64,000 nucleotides of DNA, taken from the NCBI GenBank assembly GCA_964016885.1, contig OZ024744.1, positions 558,001 through 622,000 of the forward strand. Reading direction: 5' to 3'. Each line of letters begins with the position of its first letter. The first letter of the stretch is position 1. Positions 24,501 to 37,900 of the stretch are shown here, one piece after another. The notes below the pieces were generated by a model, which was not told the DNA's origin, made no database searches, and worked only from the letters and a program-made list of their open reading frames with translations. The stretch comes from Eledone cirrhosa (lineage: Eukaryota). Position numbers and translations under genes: made by a program.

Positions 24501-26820
24501 TAGAGAAAGATAGCTTGGTGAAGAACGAAGTATTGAGGGAAGACTAGGTAGAGAAAGATAGCTTGATGAAGAACGAAGTGTTGGGGGAAGACAAGGTAGA
24601 GAAAGATAGCTTGCTGAAGAACGAAGTTTTGAGGGACGACAAAGTAGAGAAAGATAGCTTGGTGAAGAACGAGGTTTTGGGGAAGACAAGGTAGAGAAAG
24701 ATAGCTTGATGAAGAACGAAGTTTTGGGGGAAGACAAGGTAGAGAAAGATAGCTTGGTGAAGAACGAAGTTTTGGGGGAAGACAAGGTAGAGAAAGATAG
24801 CTTGGTGAAGAACGAAGTTTTGGGGGAAGACAAGGTAGAGAAAGATAGCTTGGTGAAGAACGAAGTTTTGAGGGAAGACAAGGTAGAGAAAAATAGCTTG
24901 ATGAAGAACGAAGTTTTGGGGGAAGACAAGGTAGAGAAAGATAGCTTGGTGAAGAACGAAGTTTTGATGGAAGACAAGGTAGAGAAAGATAGCTTGGTGA
25001 AGAACGAAGTTTTGGGGGAAGACAAGGTAGAGAAAGATAGCTTGGTGAAGAACGAAGTTTTGAGGGAAGACAAGGTAGAGAAAGATAGCTTGGTGAAGAA
25101 CGACGTTTTGGGGGAAGAAAGGTAGAGAAAGATAGCTTGGTGAAGAACAAAGTTTTGGGGGAAGACAAGGTAGAGAAAGATAGCTTGGTGAAGAACGAAG
25201 TATTGAGGGAAGACTCGGTAGAGAAAGATAGCTTGGTGAAGAACGAAGTTTTGAGGGAAGACAAGGTAGAGAAAGATAGCTTGGTGAAGAACGAGGTTTT
25301 GAGGGAAGACAAGGTAGAGAAAGATAGCTTGGTGAAGAACGAAGTTTTGGGGAAGACAAGGTAGAGAAAGATAGCTTGGTGAAGAACGAAGTTTTGGGGG
25401 AAGACAAGGTAGAGAAAGATAGCTTGGTGAAGAACGAAGTTTTGAGGGAAGACAAGGTAGAGAAAGATAGCTTGGTGAAGAACGAAGTTTTGAGGGAAGT
25501 CAAGGTAGAGAAAGATAGCTTGGTGAAGAACGACGTTTTGAGGGAAGACAAGGTAGAGAAAGATAGCTTGGTGAAGAACGACGTTTTGGGGGAAGACAAG
25601 GTAGAGAAAGATAGCTTGGTGAAGAACAACGTTTTGGGGGAAGACAATGTAGAGAAAGATAGCTTGCTGAAGAACGAAGTTTTGAGGGACGACAAAGCAG
25701 AGAAAGATAGCTTGGTGAAGAACGAAGTTTTGAGGGAAGACAAGGTAGAGAAAGATAGCTTGGTGAAGAACGAAGTTTTGGGGGAAGACAAGGTAGAGAA
25801 AGATAGCTTGGTGAAGAACGAAGTTTTGGGGGAAGACAAGGTAGAGAAATATAGCTTGGTGAAGAACGAAGTTTTGAGGGAAGACAAGATAGAGAAAGAT
25901 AGCTTGGTGAAGAACGAAGTTTTGAGGGAAGTCAAGGTAGAGAAAGATAGCTTGGTGAAGAACGACGTTTTGAGGGAAGACAAGGTAGAGAAAGATAGCT
26001 TAGTGAAGAACGACGTTTTGGGGGAAGACAAGGTAGAGAAAGATAGCTTGGTGAAGAACAACGTTTTGGGGGAAGACAAGGTAGAGAAAGATAGCTTGGT
26101 GAAGAAGGAAGTATTGAGGGAAGACTAGGTAGAGAAAGATAGCTTGATGAAGAACGAAGTGTTGGGGGAAGACAAGGTAGAGAAAGATAGCTTGCTGAAG
26201 AACGAAGTTTTGAGGGACGACAAAGTAGAGAAAGATAGCTTGGTGAAGAACGAGGTTTTGGGGAAGACAAGGTAGAGAAAGATAGCTTGATGAAGAACGA
26301 AGTTTTGGGGGAAGACAAGGTAGAGAAAGATAGCTTGGTGAAGAACGAAGTTTTGAGGGAAGACAAGGTAGAGAAAGATAGCTTGGTGAAGAACGAAGTT
26401 TTGGGGGAAGACAAGGTAGAGAAAGATAGCTTGGTGAAGAACGAAGTTTTGAGGGAAGACAAGGTAGAGAAAGATAGCTTGGTGAAGAACGAAGTTTTGG
26501 GGGAAGACAAGGTAGAGAAAGATAGCTTGGTGAAGAACGAAGTTTTGAGGGAAGACAAGATAGAGAAAGATAGCTTGGTGAAGAACGAAGTTTTGAGGGA
26601 AGTCAAGGTAGAGAAAGATAGCTTGGTGAAGAACGACGTTTTGAGGGAAGACAAGGTAGAGAAAGATAGCTTGGTGAAGAACGACGTTTTGGGGGAAGAC
26701 AGGGTAGAGAAAGATAGCTTGGTGAAGAACAACGTTTTGGGGGATGACAAGGTAGAGAAAGATAGCTTGGTGAAGAACGAAGTTTTGGGGGAAGACAAGG
26801 TAGAGAAAGATAGCTTGGTG
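21550..26820. repeat. Three successive imperfect copies of a ~1.6-1.9-kb unit (core offset 1,866 bp)
   Basis: GGGGTAAGTCAAGG with T at 22337 and 24203; AGAAAAATAG at ~23021 and ~24887. ORFs 22361/24227 and 22840/24706; unit starts at 21595, 23509, 25137. Confidence 0.85.
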
Positions 26821-27099
26821 AAGAACGAAGTTTGAGGGAAGACAAGGTAGAGAAAGATAGCTTGGTGAAGAACGAAGTTTTGACGGAAGACAAGGTAGAG
26901 AAATATAGCTTCATGAAGAACGAAGTTTTGAGGGAAGACAAGGTAGAGAAAGATAGGTTGATGAAGAACGAAGTTTGGGGGCAGATAAGGTAGAGAAAGA
27001 TAGCTTGGTGAAGAACGAAGTTTTGAGGGAAGACAAGGTAGAGAAAGATAGCTTGGTGAAGAACGAAGTTTTTGGGGAAGACAAGGTAGAGAAAGATAG

Positions 27100-29060
27100 C
27101 TTGGTGAAGAACGAAGTTTTGAGGGAAGACAAGGTAGAGAAAGATAGCTTGGTGAAGAACGAAGTTTTGAGGGAAGACAAGGTAGAGAAAGATAGCTTGG
27201 TGAAGAACGAAGTTTTGAGGGAAGACAAGGTAGAGAAAGATAGTTAGTGAAGAACGAAGTTTTGAGGGAAGACAAGGTAGAGAAAGATAGCTTGGTGAAG
27301 AACGACGGTTTGAGGGAGGACAAGGTAGAGAAAGATAGCTTGGTGAAGAACGACGTTTTGAGAGGAGACAAGGTAGAGAAAGATAGCTTGGTGAAGAACG
27401 AAGTTTTGGGGAAAGACAAGGTAGAGAAAGATAGCTTGATGAAGTACGAAGTTTTGGGGGAAGACAAGGTAGAGAAAGATAGCTTGGTGAAGAACGACGT
27501 TTTGTGGGAAGACAAGGTAGAGAAACATAGTTGGTGAAGAACGAAATTTTGAGGGAAGACAAGGTAGAGAAAGATAGGTTGATGAAGAACGAAGTTTGCG
27601 GGCAGATAAGGTAGAGAAAGATAGCTTGGTGAAGAACGAAGTTTTGAGGGAAGACAAGGTAGAGAAAGATAGCTTGGTGAAGAACGAAGTTTTGGGGGAA
27701 GACAAGGTAGAGAAAGATAGCTTGATGAAGTACGAAGTTTTGGGGGAGGACAAGGTAGAGAAAGATAGCTTGGTGAAGAACGACGTTTTGTGGGAAGACA
27801 AGGTAGAGAAACATAGTTGGTGAAGAACGAAGTTTTGAGGGAAGACAAGGTAGAGAAAGATAGCTTGGTGAAGAACGAAGTTTTGGGGAAGACAAGGTAG
27901 AGAAAGATAGCTTGATGAAGAACGAAGTTTTGGGGGAAGACAAGGTAGAGAAAGATAGCTTGGTGAAGAACGAAGTTTTGAGGGAAGACAAGGTAGAGAA
28001 AGATAGCTTGGTGAAGAACGAAGTTTTGGGGGAAGACAAGGTAGAGAAAGATAGCTTTGTGAAGAACGAAGTTTGAGGGAAGACAAGGTAGAGAAAGATA
28101 GCTTGGTGAAGAACGAAGTTTTGAGGGAAGACAAGGTAGAGAAAGATAGCTTGGTGAAGAACGAAGTTTTGAGGGAAGACAAGGTAGAGAAAGATAGCTT
28201 GGTGAAGAACGAAGTTTTGAGGGAAGACAAGGTAGAGAAAGATAGTTAGTGAAGAACGAAGTTTTGAGGGAAGACAAGGTAGAGAAAGATAGCTTGGTGA
28301 AGAACGACGGTTTGAGGGAGGACAAGGTAGAGAAAGATAGCTTGGTGAAGAACGACGTTTTGAGAGGAGACAAGGTAGAGAAAGATAGCTTGGTGAAGAA
28401 CGAAGTTTTGGGGAAAGACAAGGTAGAGAAAGATAGCTTGATGAAGTACGAAGTTTTGGGGGAAGACAAGGTAGAGAAAGATAGCTTGGTGAAGAACGAC
28501 GTTTTGTGGGAAGACAAGGTAGAGAAACATAGTTGGTGAAGAACGAAATTTTGAGGGAAGACAAGGTAGAGAAAGATAGGTTGATGAAGAACGAAGTTTG
28601 CGGGCAGATAAGGTAGAGAAAGATAGCTTGGTGAAGAACGAAGTTTTGAGGGAAGACAAGGTAGAGAAAGATAGCTTGGTGAAGAACGAAGTTTTGGGGG
28701 AAGACAAGGTAGAGAAAGATAGCTTGATGAAGTACGAAGTTTTGGGGGAAGACAAGGTAGAGAAAGATAGCTTGGTGAAGAACGACGTTTTGTGGGAAGA
28801 CAAGGTAGAGAAACATAGTTGGTGAAGAACGAAGTTTTGAGGGAAGACAAGGTAGAGAAAGATAGCTTGGTGAAGAACGAAGTTTTGGGGAAGACAAGGT
28901 AGAGAAAGATAGCTTGATGAAGAACGAAGTTTTGGGGGAAGACAAGGTAGAGAAAGATAGCTTGGTGAAGAACGAAGTTTTGAGGGAAGACAAGGTAGAG
29001 AAAGATAGCTTGGTGAAGAACGAAGTTTTGGGGGAAGACAAGGTAGAGAAAGATAGCTTG
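27100..29060. repeat. Tandem duplication of 1,002 bp (21 monomers)
   Basis: ORFs 27247/28249 and 27596/28598. Shared private variants GGGAGGAC, TTGAGAGGAGAC, GGGGAAAGAC, GTTTGCGGGCAGAT. Confidence 0.9.
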
Positions 29061-29919
29061 GTGAAGAACGAAGTTTGAGGGAAGACAAGGTAGAGAAAGA
29101 TAGCTTTGTGAAGAACGAAGTTTGAGGGAAGACAAGGTAGAGAAAGATAGCTTGGTGAAGAACGAAGTTTTTACGGAAGACAAGGTAGAGAAATATAGCT
29201 TGATGAAGAACGAAGTTTTGAGGGAAGACAAGGTAGAGAAAGATAGGTTGATGAAGAACGAAGTTTGGGGGCAGATAAGGTAGAGAAAGATAGCTTGGTG
29301 AAGAACGAAGTTTTGAGGGAAGACAAGGTAGAGAAAGATAGCTTGGTGAAGAACGAAGTTTTGGGGGAAGACAAGGTACAGAAAGATAGCTTGGTGAAGA
29401 ACGAAGTTTTGAGGGAAGACAAGGTAGAGAAAGATAGCTTGGTGAAGAACGACGGTTTGAGGGAAGACAAGGTAGAGAAAGATAGCTTGGTGAAGAACGA
29501 CGTTTTGAGAGAAGACAAGGTAGAGAAAGATAGCTTGGTGAAGAACGAAGTTTTGGGGGAAGACAAGGTAGAGAAAGATAGCTTGATGAAGTACGAAGTT
29601 TTGGGGGAAGACAAGGTAGAAAAAGATAGCTTGGTGAAGAACGACGTTTTGTGGGAAGACAAGGTAGAGAAACATAGTTGGTGAAGAACGAAGTTTGCGG
29701 GCAGATAAGGTAGAGAAAGATAGCTTGGTGAAGAACGAAGTTTTGAGGGAAGACAAGGTAGAGAAAGATAGCTTGGTGAAGAACGAAGTTTTGGGGGAAG
29801 ACAAGGTAGAGAAAGATAGCTTGATGAAGTACGAAGTTTTGGGGGAAGACAAGGTAGAGAAAGATAGCTTGGTGAAGAACGACGTTTTGTGGGAAGACAA
29901 GGTAGAGAAACATAGTTGG

Positions 29920-31930
29920 TGAAGAACGAAGTTTTGAGGGAAGACAAGGTAGAGAAAGATAGCTTGGTGAAGAACGAAGTTTTGAGGGAAGACAAGGTAG
30001 AGAAAGATAGCTTGGTGAAGAACGACGTTTTGGGGGAAAACAATGTAGAGAAAGATAGCTTGGTGAAGAACGAAGTTTTGAGGGAAGACAAGGTAGAGAA
30101 AGATAGCTTGGTGAAGAACGAAGTTTTGGAGGAAGACAAGGTAGAGAAAGATAGCTTGGTGAAGAACGAAGTTTTGGGGGAAGACAATGTAGAGAAAGAT
30201 AGCTTGGTGAAGAACGAAGTTTTGAGGAATGACAAGGTAGAGAAAGATAGCTTGGTGAAGAACGAAGTTTTGAGGAAAGACAAAGTAGAGAAAGATAGCT
30301 TGGTGAAGAACGAAGTTTTGGGGGAAGACAATGTAGAGAAAGATAGCTTGATGAAGAACGAAGTTTTGGGGGAAGACAAGGTAGAGAAAGATAGCTTGGT
30401 GAAGAACGAAGTTTTGAGGGAAGACAAGGTAGAGAAAGATAGCTTGGTGAAGAACGAAGTTTTGGGGGAAGACAAGGTAGAGAAAGATAGCTTGGTGAAG
30501 AACGAAGTTTTGAGGGAAGACAAGGTAGAGAAAGATAGCTTGGTGAAGAACGAAGTTTTGAGGGAAGACAAGGTAGAGAAAGATAGTTGGTGAAGAACGA
30601 AGTTTTGAGGGAAGACAAGGTAGAGAAAGATAGCTTGGTGAAGAACGACGTTTTGAGGGAAGACAAGGTAGAGAAAGATAGCTTGGTGAAGAACGATGTT
30701 TTGGGGGAAGACAGGGTAGAGAAAGATAGCTTGATGAAGTACGAAGTTTTGAGGGAAGACAAGGTAGAGAAAGATAGCTTGGTGAAGAACGAAGTTTTGG
30801 GGGAAGACAAGGTAGAGAAAGATAGCTTGGTGAAGAACGAATTTTGAGGGAAGAGAAGGTAGAGAAAGATAGCTTGGTGAAGAACGAAGTGTTGGGGGAA
30901 GACAAGGTAGAGAAAGATAGCTTGGTGAAGAACGAAGTTTTGAGGGAAGACAAGGTAGAGAAAGATAGTTGGTAAAGAACGAAGTTTTGAGGGAAGACAA
31001 GGTAGAGAAAGATAGCTTGGTGAAGAACGAAGTTTTGAGGGAAGACAAGGTAGAGAAAGATAGCTTGGTGAAGAACGACGTTTTGGGGGAAAACAATGTA
31101 GAGAAAGATAGCTTGGTGAAGAACGAAGTTTTGAGGGAAGACAAGGTAGAGAAAGATAGCTTGGTGAAGAACGAAGTTTTGAGGAAAGACAAAGTAGAGA
31201 AAGATAGCTTGGTGAAGAACGAAGTTTTGGGGGAAGACAATGTAGAGAAAGATAGCTTGATGAAGAACGAAGTTTTGGGGGAAGACAAGGTAGAGAAAGA
31301 TAGCTTGGTGAAGAACGAAGTTTTGAGGGAAGACAAGGTAGAGAAAGATAGCTTGGTGAAGAACGAAGTTTTGGGGGAAGACAAGGTAGAGAAAGATAGC
31401 TTGGTGAAGAACGAAGTTTTGAGGGAAGACAAGGTAGAGAAAGATAGCTTGGTGAAGAACGAAGTTTTGAGGGAAGACAAGGTAGAGAAAGATAGTTGGT
31501 GAAGAACGAAGTTTTGAGGGAAGACAAGGTAGAGAAAGATAGCTTGGTGAAGAACGACGTTTTGAGGGAAGACAAGGTAGAGAAAGATAGCTTGGTGAAG
31601 AACGATGTTTTGGGGGAAGACAGGGTAGAGAAAGATAGCTTGATGAAGTACGAAGTTTTGAGGGAAGACAAGGTAGAGAAAGATAGCTTGGTGAAGAACG
31701 AAGTTTTGGGGGAAGACAAGGTAGAGAAAGATAGCTTGGTGAAGAACGAATTTTGAGGGAAGAGAAGGTAGAGAAAGATAGCTTGGTGAAGAACGAAGTG
31801 TTGGGGGAAGACAAGGTAGAGAAAGATAGCTTGGTGAAGAACGAAGTTTTGAGGGAAGACAAGGTAGAGAAAGATAGTTGGTAAAGAACGAAGTTTTGAG
31901 GGAAGACAAGGTAGAGAAAGATAGCTTGGT
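29920..31930. repeat. Tandem duplication with offset 1,053 shifting to 909 bp
   Basis: GAAAACAATG marker (C at 30041/31094 = 1053), GAGGAAAGACAAAG at 30272/31181 (909), ORFs 30587/31496. Confidence 0.85.
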
Positions 31931-34900
31931 GAAGAACGACGTTTTGAGGGAAGACAAGGTATAGAAAGATAGCTTGGTGAAGAACGACGTTTTCGGGGAA
32001 GAAAAGGTAGAGAAAGATAGCTTGGTGAAGAACAAAGTTTTGGGGGAAGAGAAGGTAGAGAAAGATAGCTTGGTGAAGAACGAAGTATTGAGGGAAGACT
32101 CGGTAGAGAAAGATAGCTTGGTGAAGAACGAAGTTTTGAGGGAAGACAAGGTAGAGAAAGATAGCTTGGTGAAGAACGAGGTTTTGAGGGAAGACAATGT
32201 AGAGAAAGATAGCTTGGTGAAGAACGAAGTTTTGGGGGAAGACAAGGTAGAGAAAGATAGCTTGGTGAAGAACGAAGTTTTGAGGGAAGACAAGGTAGAG
32301 AAAGATAGCCTGGTGAAGAACGAAGTTTTGGGGGATGACAAAGTAGAGAAAGATAGCTTGGTGAAGAACGAAGTTTTGGGGGAAAACAAGGTAGAGAAAG
32401 ATAGCTTGATGAAAAACGAAGTTTTGGGGGAAGACAAGGTAGAGAAAGATAGCTTGGTGAAGAACGAAGTTTTGAGGGAAGACAAGGTAGAGAAAGATAG
32501 CTTGGTGAAGAACGAAGTTTTGGGGGAAGACAAGGTAGAGAAAGATAGCTTGGTGAAGAACGAAGTTTTGCGGGAAGACAAGGTAGAGAAATATAGCTCG
32601 GTGAAGAACGAAGTTTTGAGGGAAGACAAGGTAGAGAAAGATAGCTTGGTGAAGAACGAAGTTTTGGGGGAAGACAAGGTAGAGAAAGATAGCTTGGTGA
32701 AGAACGAAGTTTTGAGGGAAGACAAGGTAGAGAAAGATAGCTTGGTGAAGAACGAAGTTATGAGGGAAGACAAGGTAGAGAAAGATAGTTGGTGAAGAAC
32801 GAAGTTTTGAGGGAAGTCAAGGTAGAGAAAGATAGCTTGGTGAAGAACGACGTTTTGAGGGAAGACAAGGTAGAGAAAGATAGCTTGATGAAGTACGAAG
32901 TTTTGGGGGAAGACAAGGTAGAGAAAGATAGCTTGGTGAAGAACGAAGTTTTGAGGGAAGACAAGGTAGAGAAAGATAGCTTGATGAAGAACGAAGTTTT
33001 GAGGGAAGACAAGGTAGAGAAAGATAGCTTGGTGAAGAACGAAGTATTGAGGGAAGACTAGGTAGAGAAAGATAGCTTGATGAAGAACGAAGTTTTGGGG
33101 GAAGACAAGGTAGAGAAAGATAGCTTGGTGAAGAACGAAGTTTGAGGGAAGACAAGGTAGAGAAAGATAGCTTGGTGAAGAACGAAGTTTGAGGGAAGAC
33201 AAGGTAGAGAAAGATAGCTTGGTGAAGAACGAAGTTTTGAGGGAAGAGAAGGTAGAGAAAGATAGCTTGGTGAAGAACGAAGTGTTGGGGGAAGACAAGG
33301 TAGAGAAAGATAGCTTGGTGAAGAACGAAGTTTTGAGGGAAGACAAGGTAGAGAAAGATAGTTGGTAAAGAACGAAGTTTTGAGGGAAGACAAGGTAGAG
33401 AAAGATAGCTTGGTGAAGAACGACGTTTTGAGGGAAGACAAGGTATAGAAAGATAGCTTGGTGAAGAACGACGTTTTCGGGGAAGAAAAGGTAGAGAAAG
33501 ATAGCTTGGTGAAGAACAAAGTTTTGGGGGAAGACAAGGTAGAGAAAGATAGCTTGGTGAAGAACGAAGTATTGAGGGAAGACTCGGTAGAGAAAGATAG
33601 CTTGGTGAAGAACGAAGTTTTGAGGGAAGACAAGGTAGAGAAAGATAGCTTGGTGAAGAACGAGGTTTTGAGGGTAGACAATGTAGAGAAAGATAGCTTC
33701 GTGAATAACGAAGTTTTGGGGGAAGACATGGTAGAGAAAGATAGCTTGGTGAAGAACGAAGTTTTGAGGGAAGACAAGGTAGAGAAAGATAGCCTGGTGA
33801 AGAACGAAGTTTTGGGGGATGACAAAGTAGAGAAAGATAGCTTGGTGAAGAACGAAGTTTTAGGGGAAGACAAGGTAGAGAAAGATAGCTTGATGAAGAA
33901 CGAAGTTTTGGGGGAAGACAAGGTAGAGAAAGATAGCTTGGTGAAGAACGAAGTTTTGAGGGAAGACAAGGTAGAGAAAGATAGCTTGGTGAAGAACGAA
34001 GTTTTGGGGGAAGACAAGGTAGAGAAAGATAGCTTGGTGAAGAACGAAGTTTTGCGGGAAGACAAGGTAGAGAAGTATAGCTCGGTGAAGAACGAAGTTT
34101 TGAGGGAAGACAAGGTAGAGAAAGATAGCTTGATGAAGAACGAAGTTTTGAGGGAAGACAAGGTAGAGAAAGATAGCTTGGTGAAGAACGAAGTATTGAG
34201 GGAAGACTAGGTAGAGAAAGATAGCTTGATGAAGAACGAAGTTTTGGGGGAAGACAAGGTAGAGAAAGATAGCTTGGTGAAGAACGAAGTTTGAGGGAAG
34301 ACAAGGTAGAGAAAGATAGCTTGGTGAAGAACGAAGTTTGAGGGAAGACAAGGTAGAGAAAGATAGCTTGGTGAAGAACGAAGTTTTGAGGGAAGAGAAG
34401 GTAGAGAAAGATAGCTTGGTGAAGAACGAAGTGTTGGGGGAAGACAAGGTAGAGAAAGATAGCTTGGTGAAGAACGAAGTTTTGAGGGAAGACAAGGTAG
34501 AGAAAGATAGTTGGTAAAGAACGAAGTTTTGAGGGAAGACAAGGTAGAGAAAGATAGCTTGGTGAAGAACGAAGTTTTGAGGGAAGACAAGGTAGAGAAA
34601 GATAGCTTGGTGAAGAACGACGTTTTGGGGGAAAACAATGTAGAGAAAGATAGCTTGGTGAAGAACGAAGTTTTGAGGGAAGACAAGGTAGAGAAAGATA
34701 GCTTGGTGAAGAACGAAGTTTTGAGGAAAGACAAAGTAGAGAAAGATAGCTTGGTGAAGAACGAAGTTTTGGGGGAAGACAATGTAGAGAAAGATAGCTT
34801 GATGAAGAACGAAGTTTTGGGGGAAGACAAGGTAGAGAAAGATAGCTTGGTGAAGAACGAAGTTTTGAGGGAAGACAAGGTAGAGAAAGATAGCTTGGTG

Positions 34901-37900
34901 AAGAACGAAGTTTTGGGGGAAGACAAGGTAGAGAAAGATAGCTTGGTGAAGAACGAAGTTTTGAGGGAAGACAAGGTAGAGAAAGATAGCTTGGTGAAGA
35001 ACGAAGTTTTGAGGGAAGACAAGGTAGAGAAAGATAGTTGGTGAAGAACGAAGTTTTGAGGGAAGACAAGGTAGAGAAAGATAGCTTGGTGAAGAACGAC
35101 GTTTTGAGGGAAGACAAGGTAGAGAAAGATAGCTTGGTGAAGAACGATGTTTTGGGGGAAGACAGGGTAGAGAAAGATAGCTTGATGAAGTACGAAGTTT
35201 TGAGGGAAGACAAGGTAGAGAAAGATAGCTTGGTGAAGAACGAAGTTTTGGGGGAAGACAAGGTAGAGAAAGATAGCTTGGTGAAGAACGAATTTTGAGG
35301 GAAGAGAAGGTAGAGAAAGATAGCTTGGTGAAGAACGAAGTGTTGGGGGAAGACAAGGTAGAGAAAGATAGCTTGGTGAAGAACGAAGTTTTGAGGGAAG
35401 ACAAGGTAGAGAAAGATAGTTGGTAAAGAACGAAGTTTTGAGGGAAGACAAGGTAGAGAAAGATAGCTTGGTGAAGAACGACGTTTTGAGGGAAGACAAG
35501 GTATAGAAAGATAGCTTGGTGAAGAACGACGTTTTCGGGGAAGAAAAGGTAGAGAAAGATAGCTTGGTGAAGAACAAAGTTTTGGGGGAAGAGAAGGTAG
35601 AGAAAGATAGCTTGGTGAAGAACGAAGTATTGAGGGAAGACTCGGTAGAGAAAGATAGCTTGGTGAAGAACGAAGTTTTGAGGGAAGACAAGGTAGAGAA
35701 AGATAGCTTGGTGAAGAACGAGGTTTTGAGGGAAGACAATGTAGAGAAAGATAGCTTGGTGAAGAACGAAGTTTTGGGGGAAGACAAGGTAGAGAAAGAT
35801 AGCTTGGTGAAGAACGAAGTTTTGAGGGAAGACAAGGTAGAGAAAGATAGCTTGGTGAAGAACAAAGTTTTGGGGGAAGAGAAGGTAGAGAAAGATAGCT
35901 TGGTGAAGAACGAAGTATTGAGGGAAGACTCGGTAGAGAAAGATAGCTTGGTGAAGAACGAAGTTTTGAGGGAAGACAAGGTAGAGAAAGATAGCTTGGT
36001 GAAGAACGAGGTTTTGAGGGAAGACAATGTAGAGAAAGATAGCTTGGTGAAGAACGAAGTTTTGGGGGAAGACAAGGTAGAGAAAGATAGCTTGGTGAAG
36101 AACGAAGTTTTGAGGGAAGACAAGGTAGAGAAAGATAGCCTGGTGAAGAACGAAGTTTTGGGGGATGACAAAGTAGAGAAAGATAGCTTGGTGAAGAACG
36201 AAGTTTTGGGGGAAAACAAGGTAGAGAAAGATAGCTTGATGAAAAACGAAGTTTTGGGGGAAGACAAGGTAGAGAAAGATAGCTTGGTGAAGAACGAAGT
36301 TTTGAGGGAAGACAAGGTAGAGAAAGATAGCTTGGTGAAGAACGAAGTTTTGGGGGAAGACAAGGTAGAGAAAGATAGCTTGGTGAAGAACGAAGTTTTG
36401 CGGGAAGACAAGGTAGAGAAATATAGCTCGGTGAAGAACGAAGTTTTGAGGGAAGACAAGGTAGAGAAAGATAGCTTGGTGAAGAACGAAGTTTTGGGGG
36501 AAGACAAGGTAGAGAAAGATAGCTTGGTGAAGAACGAAGTTTTGAGGGAAGACAAGGTAGAGAAAGATAGCTTGGTGAAGAACGAAGTTATGAGGGAAGA
36601 CAAGGTAGAGAAAGATAGTTGGTGAAGAACGAAGTTTTGAGGGAAGTCAAGGTAGAGAAAGATAGCTTGGTGAAGAACGACGTTTTGAGGGAAGACAAGG
36701 TAGAGAAAGATAGCTTGATGAAGTACGAAGTTTTGGGGGAAGACAAGGTAGAGAAAGATAGCTTGGTGAAGAACGAAGTTTTGAGGGAAGACAAGGTAGA
36801 GAAAGATAGCTTGATGAAGAACGAAGTTTTGAGGGAAGACAAGGTAGAGAAAGATAGCTTGGTGAAGAACGAAGTATTGAGGGAAGACTAGGTAGAGAAA
36901 GATAGCTTGATGAAGAACGAAGTTTTGGGGGAAGACAAGGTAGAGAAAGATAGCTTGGTGAAGAACGAAGTTTGAGGGAAGACAAGGTAGAGAAAGATAG
37001 CTTGGTGAAGAACGAAGTTTGAGGGAAGACAAGGTAGAGAAAGATAGCTTGGTGAAGAACGAAGTTTTGAGGGAAGAGAAGGTAGAGAAAGATAGCTTGG
37101 TGAAGAACGAAGTGTTGGGGGAAGACAAGGTAGAGAAAGATAGCTTGGTGAAGAACGAAGTTTTGAGGGAAGACAAGGTAGAGAAAGATAGTTGGTAAAG
37201 AACGAAGTTTTGAGGGAAGACAAGGTAGAGAAAGATAGCTTGGTGAAGAACGACGTTTTGAGGGAAGACAAGGTATAGAAAGATAGCTTGGTGAAGAACG
37301 ACGTTTTCGGGGAAGAAAAGGTAGAGAAAGATAGCTTGGTGAAGAACAAAGTTTTGGGGGAAGACAAGGTAGAGAAAGATAGCTTGGTGAAGAACGAAGT
37401 ATTGAGGGAAGACTCGGTAGAGAAAGATAGCTTGGTGAAGAACGAAGTTTTGAGGGAAGACAAGGTAGAGAAAGATAGCTTGGTGAAGAACGAGGTTTTG
37501 AGGGTAGACAATGTAGAGAAAGATAGCTTCGTGAATAACGAAGTTTTGGGGGAAGACATGGTAGAGAAAGATAGCTTGGTGAAGAACGAAGTTTTGAGGG
37601 AAGACAAGGTAGAGAAAGATAGCCTGGTGAAGAACGAAGTTTTGGGGGATGACAAAGTAGAGAAAGATAGCTTGGTGAAGAACGAAGTTTTAGGGGAAGA
37701 CAAGGTAGAGAAAGATAGCTTGATGAAGAACGAAGTTTTGGGGGAAGACAAGGTAGAGAAAGATAGCTTGGTGAAGAACGAAGTTTTGAGGGAAGACAAG
37801 GTAGAGAAAGATAGCTTGGTGAAGAACGAAGTTTTGGGGGAAGACAAGGTAGAGAAAGATAGCTTGGTGAAGAACGAAGTTTTGCGGGAAGACAAGGTAG

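Larger units (their letters stand above)
1..26820. repeat. Sub-array A (variant set A)
   Basis: Recurrent variants essentially confined here: CTTGCTGAAG...GGGACGACAAAGTAG, TTTTGATGGAAG, AACAACGTTTT, GAAGAAAGGT and GAAGAGAGGT (47-mers), CTTGTGAAG, GACAAGATAG, GACTATGTAGAGAATGATAG. Confidence 0.9.

Noticed and set aside
35516-36625. Longest + strand ORF (369 aa of VKNEVLREDKVEKDSL repeats) and similar shorter ones
   Set aside because: It is only a run of ~23 monomers without an indel. The start is a TTG within the repeat, there is no unique domain or flanking signal, and frameshifts and TAG variants are freely propagated elsewhere.
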